Positions 41,353 to 51,197 of a DNA stretch of 64,000 nt are shown piece after piece; positions within the stretch are counted from its first letter, which is position 1; each line of letters opens with the position of its first letter. The stretch is from a virus. A program made the translations under genes and the position numbers. The notes beneath the pieces are model-generated. The model did no database searches. It was not told the DNA's origin and saw only the letters and a program-made list of their open reading frames with translations. The stretch is from IMG/VR virus record IMGVR_UViG_3300023179_000038, positions 46,678 to 110,677 of that record. One strand, written 5' to 3'.

Positions 41353-43002
41353 TTAGTCACCGTATGCAAGCAACATGCCAGATACGATAACCTCTGTTGA
41401 ATTATTTTGTGCATTTACCTTTAATGAGTACGATCCATTTGAAAATTCTGCGGTAACATCCCCAAGAATTCCATTTGTATGTACTATTGCATATTCTGTA
41501 ATTGCTACATTACCAGCGTCATCCTTAGTTACTAGAACTTCGGAAACTTGTGAGTGCTGTCCTTCACGAACTCTCACAAGAAACTTTGCTGCAGGGAATG
41601 AATTTCCATTCCAAGTATAAACAGTTGATACACCTGAGTTTGCAATAAATGTGTATGTACCAACTTGCTTTGTTGCCCAGGTAAAATTTATCTCCTGATA
41701 TGTTGGAGAAGCATTTGCGTTACCTGCTGCAATTGCGTCATTGATATTTCCACCTACAGCATCAATTGCTCTTTGATTTGTAAAGTATAAATTTGATCCT
41801 TCAGAAATATCATCTGTATCAAGTGCCTCAATTGTTGAATTAACACCAGATATGGCATTAGCAATATCTGTTGCTACTGCATCTTGTGCACGTTGATCTG
41901 TAAAGTATTTGTTTAAACCTTCTGCAACATCATCTGTATCAAGATCATCAATACGAGTGTTTGTTGCTGAATCAAGACCGTCTGCATAAGACTGTGCTGC
42001 TGCTTGTGCTGCCGAAGCAGAGCCTGCTGCATCGTAATTTACAGCAAGACCGTCAGCGTAATCTTCTGCTGCTGTCTGAGCATTATTTGCTGCAGTTGTA
42101 GCGAATGATTCTGCGTTAGACTGTGCTGTATTTGCATAGCCTTGTGCTGCTGTATCAAGATCAGAAATTTCTGAATCTACATAAGATGTATCAGCCTTTG
42201 TTGCAACCAAGTTAGCAACATCTGTTGCATAGTTTGGATTGTCAGCAATTGCTGCTGCTAACTCATTTAATGTATTAAGAAGATCAGGAGCAGAATCTAC
42301 AAGACCTGCAACTGCGCCATCTGTGTATGTGTTAGAAGAGGCAATGGCTGCTGCTTGTGCAGCGTTAGCCTTTGTAGTGGCATCTGCTGATGCAGTTGCC
42401 TCTGCTGCTGCTTGTGCAGCGTTAGCCTTTGTAGTAGCATCTGCTGATGCAGTTGCCTCTGCTGCTGCTTGTGCAGCGTTAGCCTTTGTAGTGGCATCTG
42501 CTGATGCAGTTGCCTCTGCTGCTGCTTGTGCAGCGTTAGCCTTTGTAGTAGCATCTGTTGCTGCATCTGAAATTGCTTCTGCCTTAGCGGTAGCAACTTC
42601 TGCATCTGTAGCAAAATCTGCATCAAGACTTGTTGAAATTTGTACATTTTGTGTACCATCAAAAGATACAGAACCTGTTATATCTCCTGTTAATTCAATT
42701 GTACGAGCAGTTTGAAGTGCTGTTGCGGTATCTGCATTACCAGTTAAATCACCAGTTACATCACCAGTTACATTTCCACTTAAATTAGCAGTAATGGTTC
42801 CAGCAGAAAAGTTTCCATCTGCATTACGTTTTACAATTGTGCTTGGTGTATTTTGATCTGTTGCTGTTCCACCAATAAGACTTACAATGTAGTCTTGGTC
42901 TGCTTGTTTCTTTGTAAGAATGTCATTACCAGCGACGGTTGCTTCTGCACCTTCAACGATAAGACCTTGCTTTATTTTAAAGTTTTTGGTTATTGTTGCC
43001 AT
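41353..43002 (-). CDS. Tail fibre protein with Ala-rich repeats; start MATITKNF
   Basis: GNADTATALQTARTI, LNTLNELAAA, TDDISEGSNLYFTNQRA; RBS AAGGAG. Confidence 0.8.
   Translation of the reverse strand: MATITKNFKIKQGLIVEGAEATVAGNDILTKKQADQDYIVSLIGGTATDQNTPSTIVKRNADGNFSAGTITANLSGNVTGDVTGDLTGNADTATALQTARTIELTGDITGSVSFDGTQNVQISTSLDADFATDAEVATAKAEAISDAATDATTKANAAQAAAEATASADATTKANAAQAAAEATASADATTKANAAQAAAEATASADATTKANAAQAAAIASSNTYTDGAVAGLVDSAPDLLNTLNELAAAIADNPNYATDVANLVATKADTSYVDSEISDLDTAAQGYANTAQSNAESFATTAANNAQTAAEDYADGLAVNYDAAGSASAAQAAAQSYADGLDSATNTRIDDLDTDDVAEGLNKYFTDQRAQDAVATDIANAISGVNSTIEALDTDDISEGSNLYFTNQRAIDAVGGNINDAIAAGNANASPTYQEINFTWATKQVGTYTFIANSGVSTVYTWNGNSFPAAKFLVRVREGQHSQVSEVLVTKDDAGNVAITEYAIVHTNGILGDVTAEFSNGSYSLKVNAQNNSTEVIVSGMLLAYGD
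42348..42557 (-). repeat. 57-bp tandem repeat, about 3.7 copies (DATTKANAAQAAAEATASA)
   Basis: ctgcttgtgc recurs at 42351, 42408, 42465, 42522. Confidence 0.9.
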
Positions 43003-43018
43003 TTTTTTTATCTCCTTT

Positions 43019-43465
43019 TTATGCCTTAAGTCCAATACGTGCAAAACGTGCTGTGACTGGCGTAATTGCAGGATCTGGAGTGACTGTTAAGGTCACGGTA
43101 TTTCCAGCCCGTGAGACGCTAATGGTGCCAATATTCCCATCGTTGTCTATAGTTCCATATTCGCTGACGTTAATGTTTGATCCGTCAACTAAAATTGTTA
43201 TTTCTGTAGCATAAAACTTATTATTACCTGCCGATGTCATAGACAAAGAAACAATATATTTAATCATGCGCCAATCTGATGCATTGAAATTATCTATTAT
43301 TGTTGCGTTTTCTATTCCATTGACTGTATTTTCGTTATTGCCTGCTGTTCCAAGATCTGTTGCTTGTGAAGTAGCAGAGTCAATTAAATCTTCATAATCT
43401 TCCTGTGTAGGACGATCACCAGTTTGAAATTTTTCTTTTACTAGGGGTATTGATATTCTTGACAT
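43019..43465 (-). CDS. Virion/tail fibre-associated protein
   Basis: FQTGDRPTQEDYEDLIDS; C-domain resembles C-terminus of adjacent fibre (KYIV..EI.I..SEYG). Confidence 0.6.
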   Translation of the reverse strand: MSRISIPLVKEKFQTGDRPTQEDYEDLIDSATSQATDLGTAGNNENTVNGIENATIIDNFNASDWRMIKYIVSLSMTSAGNNKFYATEITILVDGSNINVSEYGTIDNDGNIGTISVSRAGNTVTLTVTPDPAITPVTARFARIGLKA

Positions 43466-43495
43466 GGTTATATTATAACCTCCATTTTTAAATTA

Positions 43496-43720
43496 TTAAA
43501 GAATATAGTTGCTAAACCCAATTATTGCTATACCAATTGGTGCAGGATTTGAACTACTATATCCTTCAATTCTAATGTTTTTAAACTTTACCCTAAAAGG
43601 CAAGGTTTCATTTATTTTAACTTCTCTAGTTTTGTTTTTTAAATTAATTATTGCATACGATTTGGAGTCAATTTTTTTAATTTTATTGGTATTGTTGTAT
43701 AACAAAGTTGCTGATGCCAT
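43496..43720 (-). CDS. Hypothetical protein
   Basis: Translationally coupled ORF. Confidence 0.55.
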   Translation of the reverse strand: MASATLLYNNTNKIKKIDSKSYAIINLKNKTREVKINETLPFRVKFKNIRIEGYSSSNPAPIGIAIIGFSNYIL

Positions 43721-44124
43721 TAATCAGTTACATCCTCAAGAATTATCATGCTACCTTGTGCAACAGTCCATACATTTGTTTGTCCAGCATTTGTTAGTTG
43801 TATATCAAATATGTCTCCAGTTTCAAGTATTTGAGACTCTGACGAAGTAAGGGATACTGTAAACTCTCCTAAAAGATCATCAGCATCTGCTTCTGGTACT
43901 AGGGTTAAAACTAAAACAGCGTCATCAGAAATAACACCAGGATTAGAATTAGGTCTTTTAATTTTTATTAAAATATCCCAATCAGGAATAACAAGAGGTT
44001 CTTTTTCATCATCTGTAACATATACCTTGAATGATGCTGTATCTCCACGAACTACCGTCCAATTAATTGTTGGAGGTTTGTTTCCTATATCATATGATGA
44101 TGCTGATCCACGCAGAGTTGCCAT
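43720..44124 (-). CDS. BppU-N-like baseplate/adaptor protein
   Basis: VVRGDT..F...FDIQL..VWTVAQG.MIILEDVT. Confidence 0.55.
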   Translation of the reverse strand: MATLRGSASSYDIGNKPPTINWTVVRGDTASFKVYVTDDEKEPLVIPDWDILIKIKRPNSNPGVISDDAVLVLTLVPEADADDLLGEFTVSLTSSESQILETGDIFDIQLTNAGQTNVWTVAQGSMIILEDVTD

Positions 44125-44144
44125 AATATTAGATTATACCATAA

Positions 44145-44672
44145 TTAAGATAATCCGTTTTTAAGTGCTCCCCAAGTTCCATTACCTTTTGCTTCAACAA
44201 TAATAATTCCAGTTGCTGCACTAACATTAGCAACAATTCCTACAGCACCAGATCCACCAGTAGGTCTGGTGACAGTAAGTCCACCACTTTCTCCAACATA
44301 AACAACCGATCCTGCTGGAGATAAATCACTTGTATTTATATTATCTAAAACTCCAGCCACAATAACCAAACCCTGTTCATTATTTTCTAGTTGTTCTTTT
44401 AATAGTCCAAGTATTGGTTGTGAAGTTGATGCTATTGCTTTATTAACATGTGTAACTCCATTTGCAGAAGTTGTTACATAAACTGGAGTTCTTTTTTCTA
44501 ATGTAATACCACTTACATTTTTAACATTCATTTGAAAAGCAGAGATTCCTAATGATGGAAGAACAACCCTAAGCCTCTCAGCCAATTGCTCAATATCACC
44601 ATGTACATTTACTGGATCTTCTGCTATAGGAAATGGTAAATTAAATCCATATCCTGTATTTCCCGTTGCCAT
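44145..44672 (-). CDS. Virion structural protein (decoration/fibre-like)
   Basis: N-terminal LPFP..DPVNVHGDIEQLA; VYVGESGGLT.TRP motif. Confidence 0.5.
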   Translation of the reverse strand: MATGNTGYGFNLPFPIAEDPVNVHGDIEQLAERLRVVLPSLGISAFQMNVKNVSGITLEKRTPVYVTTSANGVTHVNKAIASTSQPILGLLKEQLENNEQGLVIVAGVLDNINTSDLSPAGSVVYVGESGGLTVTRPTGGSGAVGIVANVSAATGIIIVEAKGNGTWGALKNGLS

Positions 44673-44700
44673 ATTTATTTATTATACCACTTTTACGCAC

Positions 44701-44730
44701 TTGACATAATAAATAATATCATGTTATACT
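44701..44730 (+). promoter_or_regulatory. Housekeeping-sigma promoter for transglycosylase gene
   Basis: TTGACA-N18-TATACT with extended TG. Confidence 0.75.
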
Positions 44731-44784
44731 TATATATGAATAACACCCTTAAAAAAGGTGTTTTTTGTTTCTAAGGAGGAAACT

Positions 44785-45348
44785 ATGATTACTTTTATGA
44801 ATAATAATAAGAACATCATTGGCATACTCAGCATATTGGTAATGTTTTCCGTTTGGTCAAACATTGCTAATGCTTCTGAAAACCGATTAAACGATAGTAA
44901 AACTATTATGCTTGAAGAGACTATGGAGGCCACGCAAGTGGCCAAAAGTGTTTCTAAGGCTAAAGAAGATCAGTTAGAAAGATATTCTAATGCTACATCT
45001 CTATCTGATGAAGATCTAAAAAACTTGCTTAATTTAGTAGGTTTTAAGGGTCAAAATCTTAAGGAGGCTTGGGCCATTGCTAAAAAAGAGTCTAATGGAA
45101 GACCATTGGCTTTTAACAGCAACCATGAAACTGGTGACTTATCTTATGGTATGTTCCAAATTAATATGATTGATTCTCTTGGTCCAGACCGTAGAGAAAA
45201 GTTTGATCTTGACTCTAATGCTGAACTATTCAATCCCGTAAAAAATGCAGAAATTGCATATTATATGACAAATGGTGGAGATGATTGGTCTTCTTGGAAA
45301 GGCATAACTCCAAAGACCCAAATGTGGATGAATAAATTTCCTAAGTAG
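44785..45348 (+). CDS. Exported lytic transglycosylase (SLT/lysozyme-like)
   Basis: Signal peptide; AIAKKESNG catalytic Glu; SYGMFQIN; NPVKNAEIAY; WSSW; RBS AAGGAGG. Confidence 0.85.
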   Translation: MITFMNNNKNIIGILSILVMFSVWSNIANASENRLNDSKTIMLEETMEATQVAKSVSKAKEDQLERYSNATSLSDEDLKNLLNLVGFKGQNLKEAWAIAKKESNGRPLAFNSNHETGDLSYGMFQINMIDSLGPDRREKFDLDSNAELFNPVKNAEIAYYMTNGGDDWSSWKGITPKTQMWMNKFPK

Positions 45349-45360
45349 TAAAATAAATTA

Positions 45361-45388
45361 GGACCTCTCTTAGGAGGGGTTCTTTTTT
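45361..45388 (+). terminator. Intrinsic terminator after transglycosylase
   Basis: GGACCTCTC-TTAG-GAGGGGTTC-TTTTTT. Confidence 0.75.
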
Positions 45389-46362
45389 ATTTCTTGAAGT
45401 ATCCAGTTATAAGTTTTTTCAATTCCCTCTTTTAATGTCATAGAATAATCCCAACCTAACTTTTCTTTAACCAGGTTGTTATTAGAATTTCTACCCCTGA
45501 CACCCAAGGGTCCAGTAATATGCATTTTACTTAAAACCTTGCTTTCAACACTACAGGCAATATCTACTAACTGATTTATAGTAACTATTTCTTCAGACCC
45601 AATATTAACTGGTCCAGTAAAATCTGATTGCATGAGTCTTCTTGTTGCTTCTATGCATTCATCAATGTATAGGAATGAGCGGGTTTGTTCTCCGTCCCCC
45701 CAAATTTCTACAGAATCTTTTGCTTGTATAACTTTACGACATATTGCAGCAGGGGCCTTTTCTTTTCCACCATCCCAAGTTCCTTCTGGGCCATAAATAT
45801 TATGATATCTGGCAATGGCTACAGGAATTTTATTGTTTCTATTAAAGGCTAAAAACATTCTCTCGCTAAACAGTTTTTCCCAACCATATTCGCTGTCAGG
45901 ATCTGCAGGGTATGCATCAGACTCTTTAAGGCCAGGATTATTTACATCTAACTGCTTATAGTCAGGATACATGCAAGCAGAACTTGAATAAAATATTTTG
46001 GTTTTATTAATATCGTGTTTTGCGTTTAATCTTGATTGAGCCCTTAAAAGATTAAGATTTATAAGTGCAGAATTTTCCATAATTTGAGAATCATTTATGC
46101 CAGTAAAAATATATCCTGCGCCACCCATATCTGCAGCAAATTGATATATTTCATCAAATGCTATTGTGCCCACGAGATGTATAATGCTTTCAATATTTTC
46201 ATAGACAGATAAATCTTTTTTCATAAATTCATCTGCTTTTGTTTTTGAAAAATCTGGAAACTTTAAATCAACACCACGAACCCAATATCCTTCAGATTTA
46301 AGCCTATTAACCATATGGCTACCTATAAAACCACCTGCACCTAAAACTAATGCTGATTTCAT
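45370..46362 (-). CDS. GDP-mannose 3,5-epimerase-like extended SDR
   Basis: GAGGFIG, AADMGGAGYI, YSSSACMYP, YGWEKLFSE, GGKEKAPAAICRK, GVRGRNS. Confidence 0.88.
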   Translation of the reverse strand: MKSALVLGAGGFIGSHMVNRLKSEGYWVRGVDLKFPDFSKTKADEFMKKDLSVYENIESIIHLVGTIAFDEIYQFAADMGGAGYIFTGINDSQIMENSALINLNLLRAQSRLNAKHDINKTKIFYSSSACMYPDYKQLDVNNPGLKESDAYPADPDSEYGWEKLFSERMFLAFNRNNKIPVAIARYHNIYGPEGTWDGGKEKAPAAICRKVIQAKDSVEIWGDGEQTRSFLYIDECIEATRRLMQSDFTGPVNIGSEEIVTINQLVDIACSVESKVLSKMHITGPLGVRGRNSNNNLVKEKLGWDYSMTLKEGIEKTYNWILQEIKKNPS

Positions 46363-46404
46363 TACTTCCTCACAATAATCTTAACTAAAGTATATGGCAA
46401 TATT

Positions 46405-47352
46405 TTAAACTAAAACAGATATTTGTTTTTCCCAAAACTCAGAAATATGTAAATGTCTGTGTAGTCCAGGATGTGGCCAATGTGCTCCAGAACCTTTTAG
46501 CCGTCCATAGTTATAGGGGATTTTATGATAGTCATATGCGTGTTCAAATATGTCTGGATATTTATCTTTATATTCTTTATGGCATCCCTGCCAATTTATC
46601 ATTTCAAAATAAGGAGGCAATCCAGATATATTTTCTGGATTACATCCAAACTCAAAGGCTGTAGGAAATTGTGTTTTTGTTGTGTCTGTAACGTAATGTC
46701 TAAAATTATTTTTTAAAAATTTTTCTTCTTTTTCTGTTAATCTATTTGACCATGTAGTCCAAATTAATTTAATATCATTAGATTCACAAAAAGCCTCTAG
46801 CATTTTAATATGATCTAGATTTTGATAATAGACCCACTCATATGGCAAAATTTCTTCATAGTCCCAAGGAGCCGATGCCTTTGTTTTTTTTTCTTTATGA
46901 TTAATGTACCACATGTGCATTGCATTAGCATCTTGGCTAATAAAATAAAATCTTTCAAAATTAGCAAAATGTGCAAGTACTACTTTTGGTTTATATTTGT
47001 ACTGATGAATCATTCCAAAAAAACTTGACACCAATAGATTTGCAGATGCTCCAGAATAAGATATGTTTCCAATGGGCTTATTAATTTTGTCTGAAAGAAT
47101 ATTAGACCATCTAAGGTTTTCTGGCATTCCCTGTCCTAATGTCAATGAGCATCCTAAAACTACAACTTCTGGATTTGTAGAAAATTCTACAGATCTCAGT
47201 CCATCACTATTCCATACATAATTATATTCTGGTCTTTCTATTTCTGAATGTGATGCCAATACTGCATTAGTAACAGAATAATTTGTATTAGGGTATTTTC
47301 TATTGATTCCACAATAAGGAATAACTCTTGGGTTAAATATATCAAATAGCAT
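46405..47352 (-). CDS. SGNH-like hydrolase/acyltransferase-type protein
   Basis: LGCSLTLGQG block I, GAS block II, C-terminal HPG..H. Confidence 0.55.
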   Translation of the reverse strand: MLFDIFNPRVIPYCGINRKYPNTNYSVTNAVLASHSEIERPEYNYVWNSDGLRSVEFSTNPEVVVLGCSLTLGQGMPENLRWSNILSDKINKPIGNISYSGASANLLVSSFFGMIHQYKYKPKVVLAHFANFERFYFISQDANAMHMWYINHKEKKTKASAPWDYEEILPYEWVYYQNLDHIKMLEAFCESNDIKLIWTTWSNRLTEKEEKFLKNNFRHYVTDTTKTQFPTAFEFGCNPENISGLPPYFEMINWQGCHKEYKDKYPDIFEHAYDYHKIPYNYGRLKGSGAHWPHPGLHRHLHISEFWEKQISVLV

Positions 47353-47429
47353 TAGTATGTGTACCCACCTTTTTTAATTTTTCTATATTTTTTCCACATA
47401 ATAAATTTATAAACAATTCTTTTTAGCAT
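47352..47429 (-). CDS. 25-aa basic micropeptide (not in ORF track)
   Basis: MLKRIVYKFIMWKKYRKIKKGGYTY; overlaps both neighbours. Confidence 0.5.
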   Translation of the reverse strand: MLKRIVYKFIMWKKYRKIKKGGYTY

Positions 47430-48454
47430 TTTGACTCTGCCCATTCTCTCCACCACATTTTTCTTCCGTTATCAAGTTCATGGTTATTCCAAGAATATGG
47501 TTGTCCTGTTGCTTTTTGAGGATTGTCAAAAAAGTCCCAGGTTTCATTTCCTTTCTGATTTCTATTTCTATGTATATAGGCAGTGTATGTGCTTCCCGAT
47601 GTACCAACAAAATTTGTAGCATTATGCATTACTAGATTACAAATAAGACCAAACACAACTTCATCTTGAAATGGTAAAGACATAAATTCATTTTTAAAAT
47701 TATTTACAATGTACTCATCTAGCAATATAAACCTATGCTTGTTGTCTTGAATCATTTTGTGTCCTGGTTGACATGTTGTTACAACTATTGGCAAATTGTT
47801 TTGTGCAAACCTATCTAACCATGACTCAAACATTTCTTGTTTTGTTTCAAACATTTTAACATGATCTGAAAGCCTTAAATGCATTCCTTGAAAATGTCCT
47901 ATTGAGTGATATATTTTATTTGCTAAATCAAAATACTCTTGTTTAAATTTAACTGAAGATATTGCTTTATTAAGGCTGTTGCTTCTTTTGTAAAAAAATC
48001 TTGAATACCAACCTAGAGTTAGTTTTAGGTGAAGTATTTTGTCTAGTGGAAGTCTTTTTCTTCCTTCTGCAAAATACTTTTCATCATCAGAAAAATCTTG
48101 ATAATTGCTATAATAAAAATTATTTAAAATATCATCAATAACTAACTCTTCTTGTTTAAAACTATCTATTTTTTCATTAATAAAAACTAAATTTGAATCA
48201 AAATCTATAAGATCTAACAAGTGAGGATACTGATCTGGATTTGTAAAACCCTCTCTTTGTTTATTGTAAAATCTGCTAGGAGTATAAATTGGAATATTGT
48301 CAGTATTATAAAGTTTTTTGTCTGCAGTATATTGTGTATAGTGAATTATTGCTGGCACATTTAATTCATGAGATAATCCAGTTGCTAATTCAAGACTCAT
48401 TACTTGATTTATTAAGCCTGTAGGATTATATAATTGAAAAAATAACTTATTCAT
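47423..48454 (-). CDS. Protein O-fucosyltransferase-like GT-B glycosyltransferase
   Basis: GLINQ N-terminal motif, GMHLRLSD, and IC...A.NFVGTSGSTYT GDP-sugar-binding motif. Confidence 0.75.
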   Translation of the reverse strand: MNKLFFQLYNPTGLINQVMSLELATGLSHELNVPAIIHYTQYTADKKLYNTDNIPIYTPSRFYNKQREGFTNPDQYPHLLDLIDFDSNLVFINEKIDSFKQEELVIDDILNNFYYSNYQDFSDDEKYFAEGRKRLPLDKILHLKLTLGWYSRFFYKRSNSLNKAISSVKFKQEYFDLANKIYHSIGHFQGMHLRLSDHVKMFETKQEMFESWLDRFAQNNLPIVVTTCQPGHKMIQDNKHRFILLDEYIVNNFKNEFMSLPFQDEVVFGLICNLVMHNATNFVGTSGSTYTAYIHRNRNQKGNETWDFFDNPQKATGQPYSWNNHELDNGRKMWWREWAESKC

Positions 48455-49045
48455 TTACATAGTTTCTATTTTGGGTTTTTCTTTAGTATTTGTTTTTCTA
48501 ATGTCTGTGTATAAGTATTGAGCACCATGTTTAAAAAACCAGTGATCTGGCTCTGTATAAAAAAAGAATGCATTGGCAACCAAATTAGTTTTTGGATTTG
48601 GAAAATCTTCTCTCCAATGTTGTTGATCATTGCCATATGATATAACTGCATCATTTTCTTCTGCTTCAAACTTTATACCCTCAACATAAAAATCCCAAGG
48701 TGTTTTATGAAAAATCGTGTAGTTTATATGATATGTACAAGCGTTGTCGTCCTTGTGTTTCCAAAGTTTTGCTTTATCCCCTTCATAAATACTTAGCACA
48801 CACCATGATGGCAATAAAGTTTCTGACTCAAATTCTTCTCTTGCCAAAGGTAATAACATTTCATGAAACTTTCTAAGTGGCTCTATATTTGTACCGTGAG
48901 TATTGTCCCAAATTGTCCATTGGTGTCTACCAAACGATTCATCATAAGTACTCTTGTCTGTTGACCATAAGTTCATTGCTAGATTTTGCAACTCTAAATG
49001 TTCTGCTGGTGGAAATACTGTTTTTAATAAATAAGGAGTTTTCAT
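48455..49045 (-). CDS. 2OG-Fe(II) oxygenase-like protein
   Basis: Y..G..L.KHKD (HxD) and distal HWRE. Confidence 0.75.
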   Translation of the reverse strand: MKTPYLLKTVFPPAEHLELQNLAMNLWSTDKSTYDESFGRHQWTIWDNTHGTNIEPLRKFHEMLLPLAREEFESETLLPSWCVLSIYEGDKAKLWKHKDDNACTYHINYTIFHKTPWDFYVEGIKFEAEENDAVISYGNDQQHWREDFPNPKTNLVANAFFFYTEPDHWFFKHGAQYLYTDIRKTNTKEKPKIETM

Positions 49046-49046
49046 T

Positions 49047-49289
49047 TTACCACTTACTTAATGGACATACTGCTTTTTCTAGTTTTGTTTTTAAATGCAT
49101 TAGACATCCACACTTTTTACACTGCTTTGTTAATTTAATAAGTTCTGGACAAGACTTACATATGGAGTATCTATCTGTTGCTTTTTTTTCGTCTGCCCAT
49201 TCGGCATTAGGATTTGCAAGATCCCAAGGTCTTGTTTCTCCAAGATTTTTTTTCCATTTTTGATACGGGGATAAGTTTTCTTCCAACAT
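49047..49289 (-). CDS. Small Cys-rich protein (DUF6171-like)
   Basis: R..ICKSC..QCKKCGCLMHLKT.L..AVCPLSKW. Confidence 0.7.
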   Translation of the reverse strand: MLEENLSPYQKWKKNLGETRPWDLANPNAEWADEKKATDRYSICKSCPELIKLTKQCKKCGCLMHLKTKLEKAVCPLSKW

Positions 49290-49298
49290 ATCTTACTC

Positions 49299-49691
49299 CT
49301 AAACTATTTCAAAAGTTATTTCAGGATTACTACTTAATGCAGCAATAAGCATATCATTAGTAGCCACTCCTACGCAATATCCTATACCGCCATAATAAAC
49401 ATTATTAACAATAAAAGCAATAGATTCACAACCGTCTACACAAAAATCTAATGGATTGCATGCAGGTTTGTGCTCTTCGCCTTCTGGGGCAATAAAAGAT
49501 GATCCATCCCAAATACTTTTTCTTGCTGGAAAATAATTTAAATGAGTTATATTTAAAGCAGTTGGATTATTTGAAAGTACATAACATTTATCATCTAATA
49601 AAGGATCTACAGAGGTTCCATCAGAATTTATTTCAATAGATAAAAAATTTATTTTATCTCCATCTATATTAGCAAAAAAATCTTTTTTCAT
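49299..49691 (-). CDS. Hypothetical protein (fibre-associated)
   Basis: WDGSSF and AALSSNP motifs. Confidence 0.5.
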   Translation of the reverse strand: MKKDFFANIDGDKINFLSIEINSDGTSVDPLLDDKCYVLSNNPTALNITHLNYFPARKSIWDGSSFIAPEGEEHKPACNPLDFCVDGCESIAFIVNNVYYGGIGYCVGVATNDMLIAALSSNPEITFEIV

Positions 49692-49712
49692 AGTAATCAG
49701 TATACCTTATCC

Positions 49713-50558
49713 TTAGTCATTACATCCAAGGAATACTCCACAACTATTGTAAATGCTTGCATAACCACCGCACCGTGGCTCACCATAAGTATAGTAGTAT
49801 CCGCTACAATTTTGTGCTACTGGAGTAGGTGCTGGAGTAGGTGCTGGAGTAGGTGCTGGAGTAGGTGAAGGTGTTGGTGCTACATATCCACAGAGTGCAG
49901 AATTAGTTTCTATAAGTCTTGGTGGGCAACTGGTTTGATATGTTGTGTCGTATCTATTTTGATATAAGTTATATCCTATACATGAGGTTGCGTCGTCATC
50001 TACACAATTTGGTGCTACTGGAGTAGGTGCTGGAGTAGGGGTAGGGGCTACTGGTGTTGGTGCAGGAATTCCACAAAAACCTCTTCCCAAATACATGTCT
50101 GGACAACTTGCTGGGAATCCTCGTTGATAAACATCTCCGTATCCTTGAGCATTAACATTTAAACAATAAGTTGAACCATCAAGGTAGTCACATGCTACTG
50201 GAGTAGGTGTAGGTACTGGAGTAGGTGTAGGCGCCACTGGAGTAGGTGTAGGTGCTGGTGTAGGTGCTGGTGTAGGTGTTGGTGTAGGTGTTGGTGCTAC
50301 TGGAGTAACACTGTAAACGTAATACTCAAAATCTAGAACTGACTCATATTTTAATAAACTGTTTGTATCGTTTCTACCTTTAACTTTATTATTGTTAGAA
50401 GATGTTGCACCAGAACTATTACCTAATGGAGTTTCATTACCTAAATTAAATCCTGAATTGGTAATTGCCTGTCTTGCATCATTTAAAGATAAACCTTCAA
50501 GGTCTGGAACTCTTCCCATACCTTTTGATGATGCCCACTTGCCAAGGAATCCTAACAT
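49713..50558 (-). CDS. PASTA-like domain + Pro/Thr-rich linkers + Cys-rich modules protein
   Basis: VPDLEGLSLNDARQAITNSGF; three (PT/PA)n tracts separating three Cys-rich modules. Confidence 0.75.
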   Translation of the reverse strand: MLGFLGKWASSKGMGRVPDLEGLSLNDARQAITNSGFNLGNETPLGNSSGATSSNNNKVKGRNDTNSLLKYESVLDFEYYVYSVTPVAPTPTPTPTPAPTPAPTPTPVAPTPTPVPTPTPVACDYLDGSTYCLNVNAQGYGDVYQRGFPASCPDMYLGRGFCGIPAPTPVAPTPTPAPTPVAPNCVDDDATSCIGYNLYQNRYDTTYQTSCPPRLIETNSALCGYVAPTPSPTPAPTPAPTPAPTPVAQNCSGYYYTYGEPRCGGYASIYNSCGVFLGCND

Positions 50559-50566
50559 GGGATTAC

Positions 50567-51196
50567 CTATGCTGTCAAATCGCCAATAAGTATCCAGGTA
50601 TTCGTATCATATTTGATAAGAGTTGCGCCAGAATACCTTGCAGCAATTTTTTTATTAGAATTTTTACTATTAACTGTTACGCCAACGCCTTCAGCAATAG
50701 TTACACCTCCAGTATTTAGTCTTACAATATCCAATCTTTGTCCAGTAGCAAAAGGCATGGAAGAGTTTGGCGGAATAGTAATTGTAATATTGCTATCAGA
50801 ATTTACCAATATTGTTTGACCTGCATCTGAAATATCTAAAGTATAATTATTTGTTTTTACACTTAACGTTGTTGTGTCTAGCATTCCTACCCAAGACGTT
50901 CCATTGTATATTTGAACTTGATTTATATTTGTTCCGCCATTTGTTTGTTCAACAAAACATACTGTTCCCTTTGTTGGAGAGGTTATGATAGAATCTCTTG
51001 TAGATGGATTTTGAAATCTATTAACTCCTGCTTTTGCACGAACAACATCATTAAAGGTTACAACATTTCCAAATGTATGAACTTGTGTCCAGTTATATGG
51101 AACATTAGAATTTGCTACGCCAGCAGCAGCATACCAAGTATCGGTAACTTGATCATACATATATAAAACTTTACTTGTTGAACTAATTGTTGACAT
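50567..51196 (-). CDS. Tail fibre-like protein
   Basis: C-domain NYTL..D...ITIPPNSS.PF..G...WILIGDL paralogous to 39474-40823 C-terminus. Confidence 0.7.
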   Translation of the reverse strand: MSTISSTSKVLYMYDQVTDTWYAAAGVANSNVPYNWTQVHTFGNVVTFNDVVRAKAGVNRFQNPSTRDSIITSPTKGTVCFVEQTNGGTNINQVQIYNGTSWVGMLDTTTLSVKTNNYTLDISDAGQTILVNSDSNITITIPPNSSMPFATGQRLDIVRLNTGGVTIAEGVGVTVNSKNSNKKIAARYSGATLIKYDTNTWILIGDLTA

Positions 51197-51197
51197 T

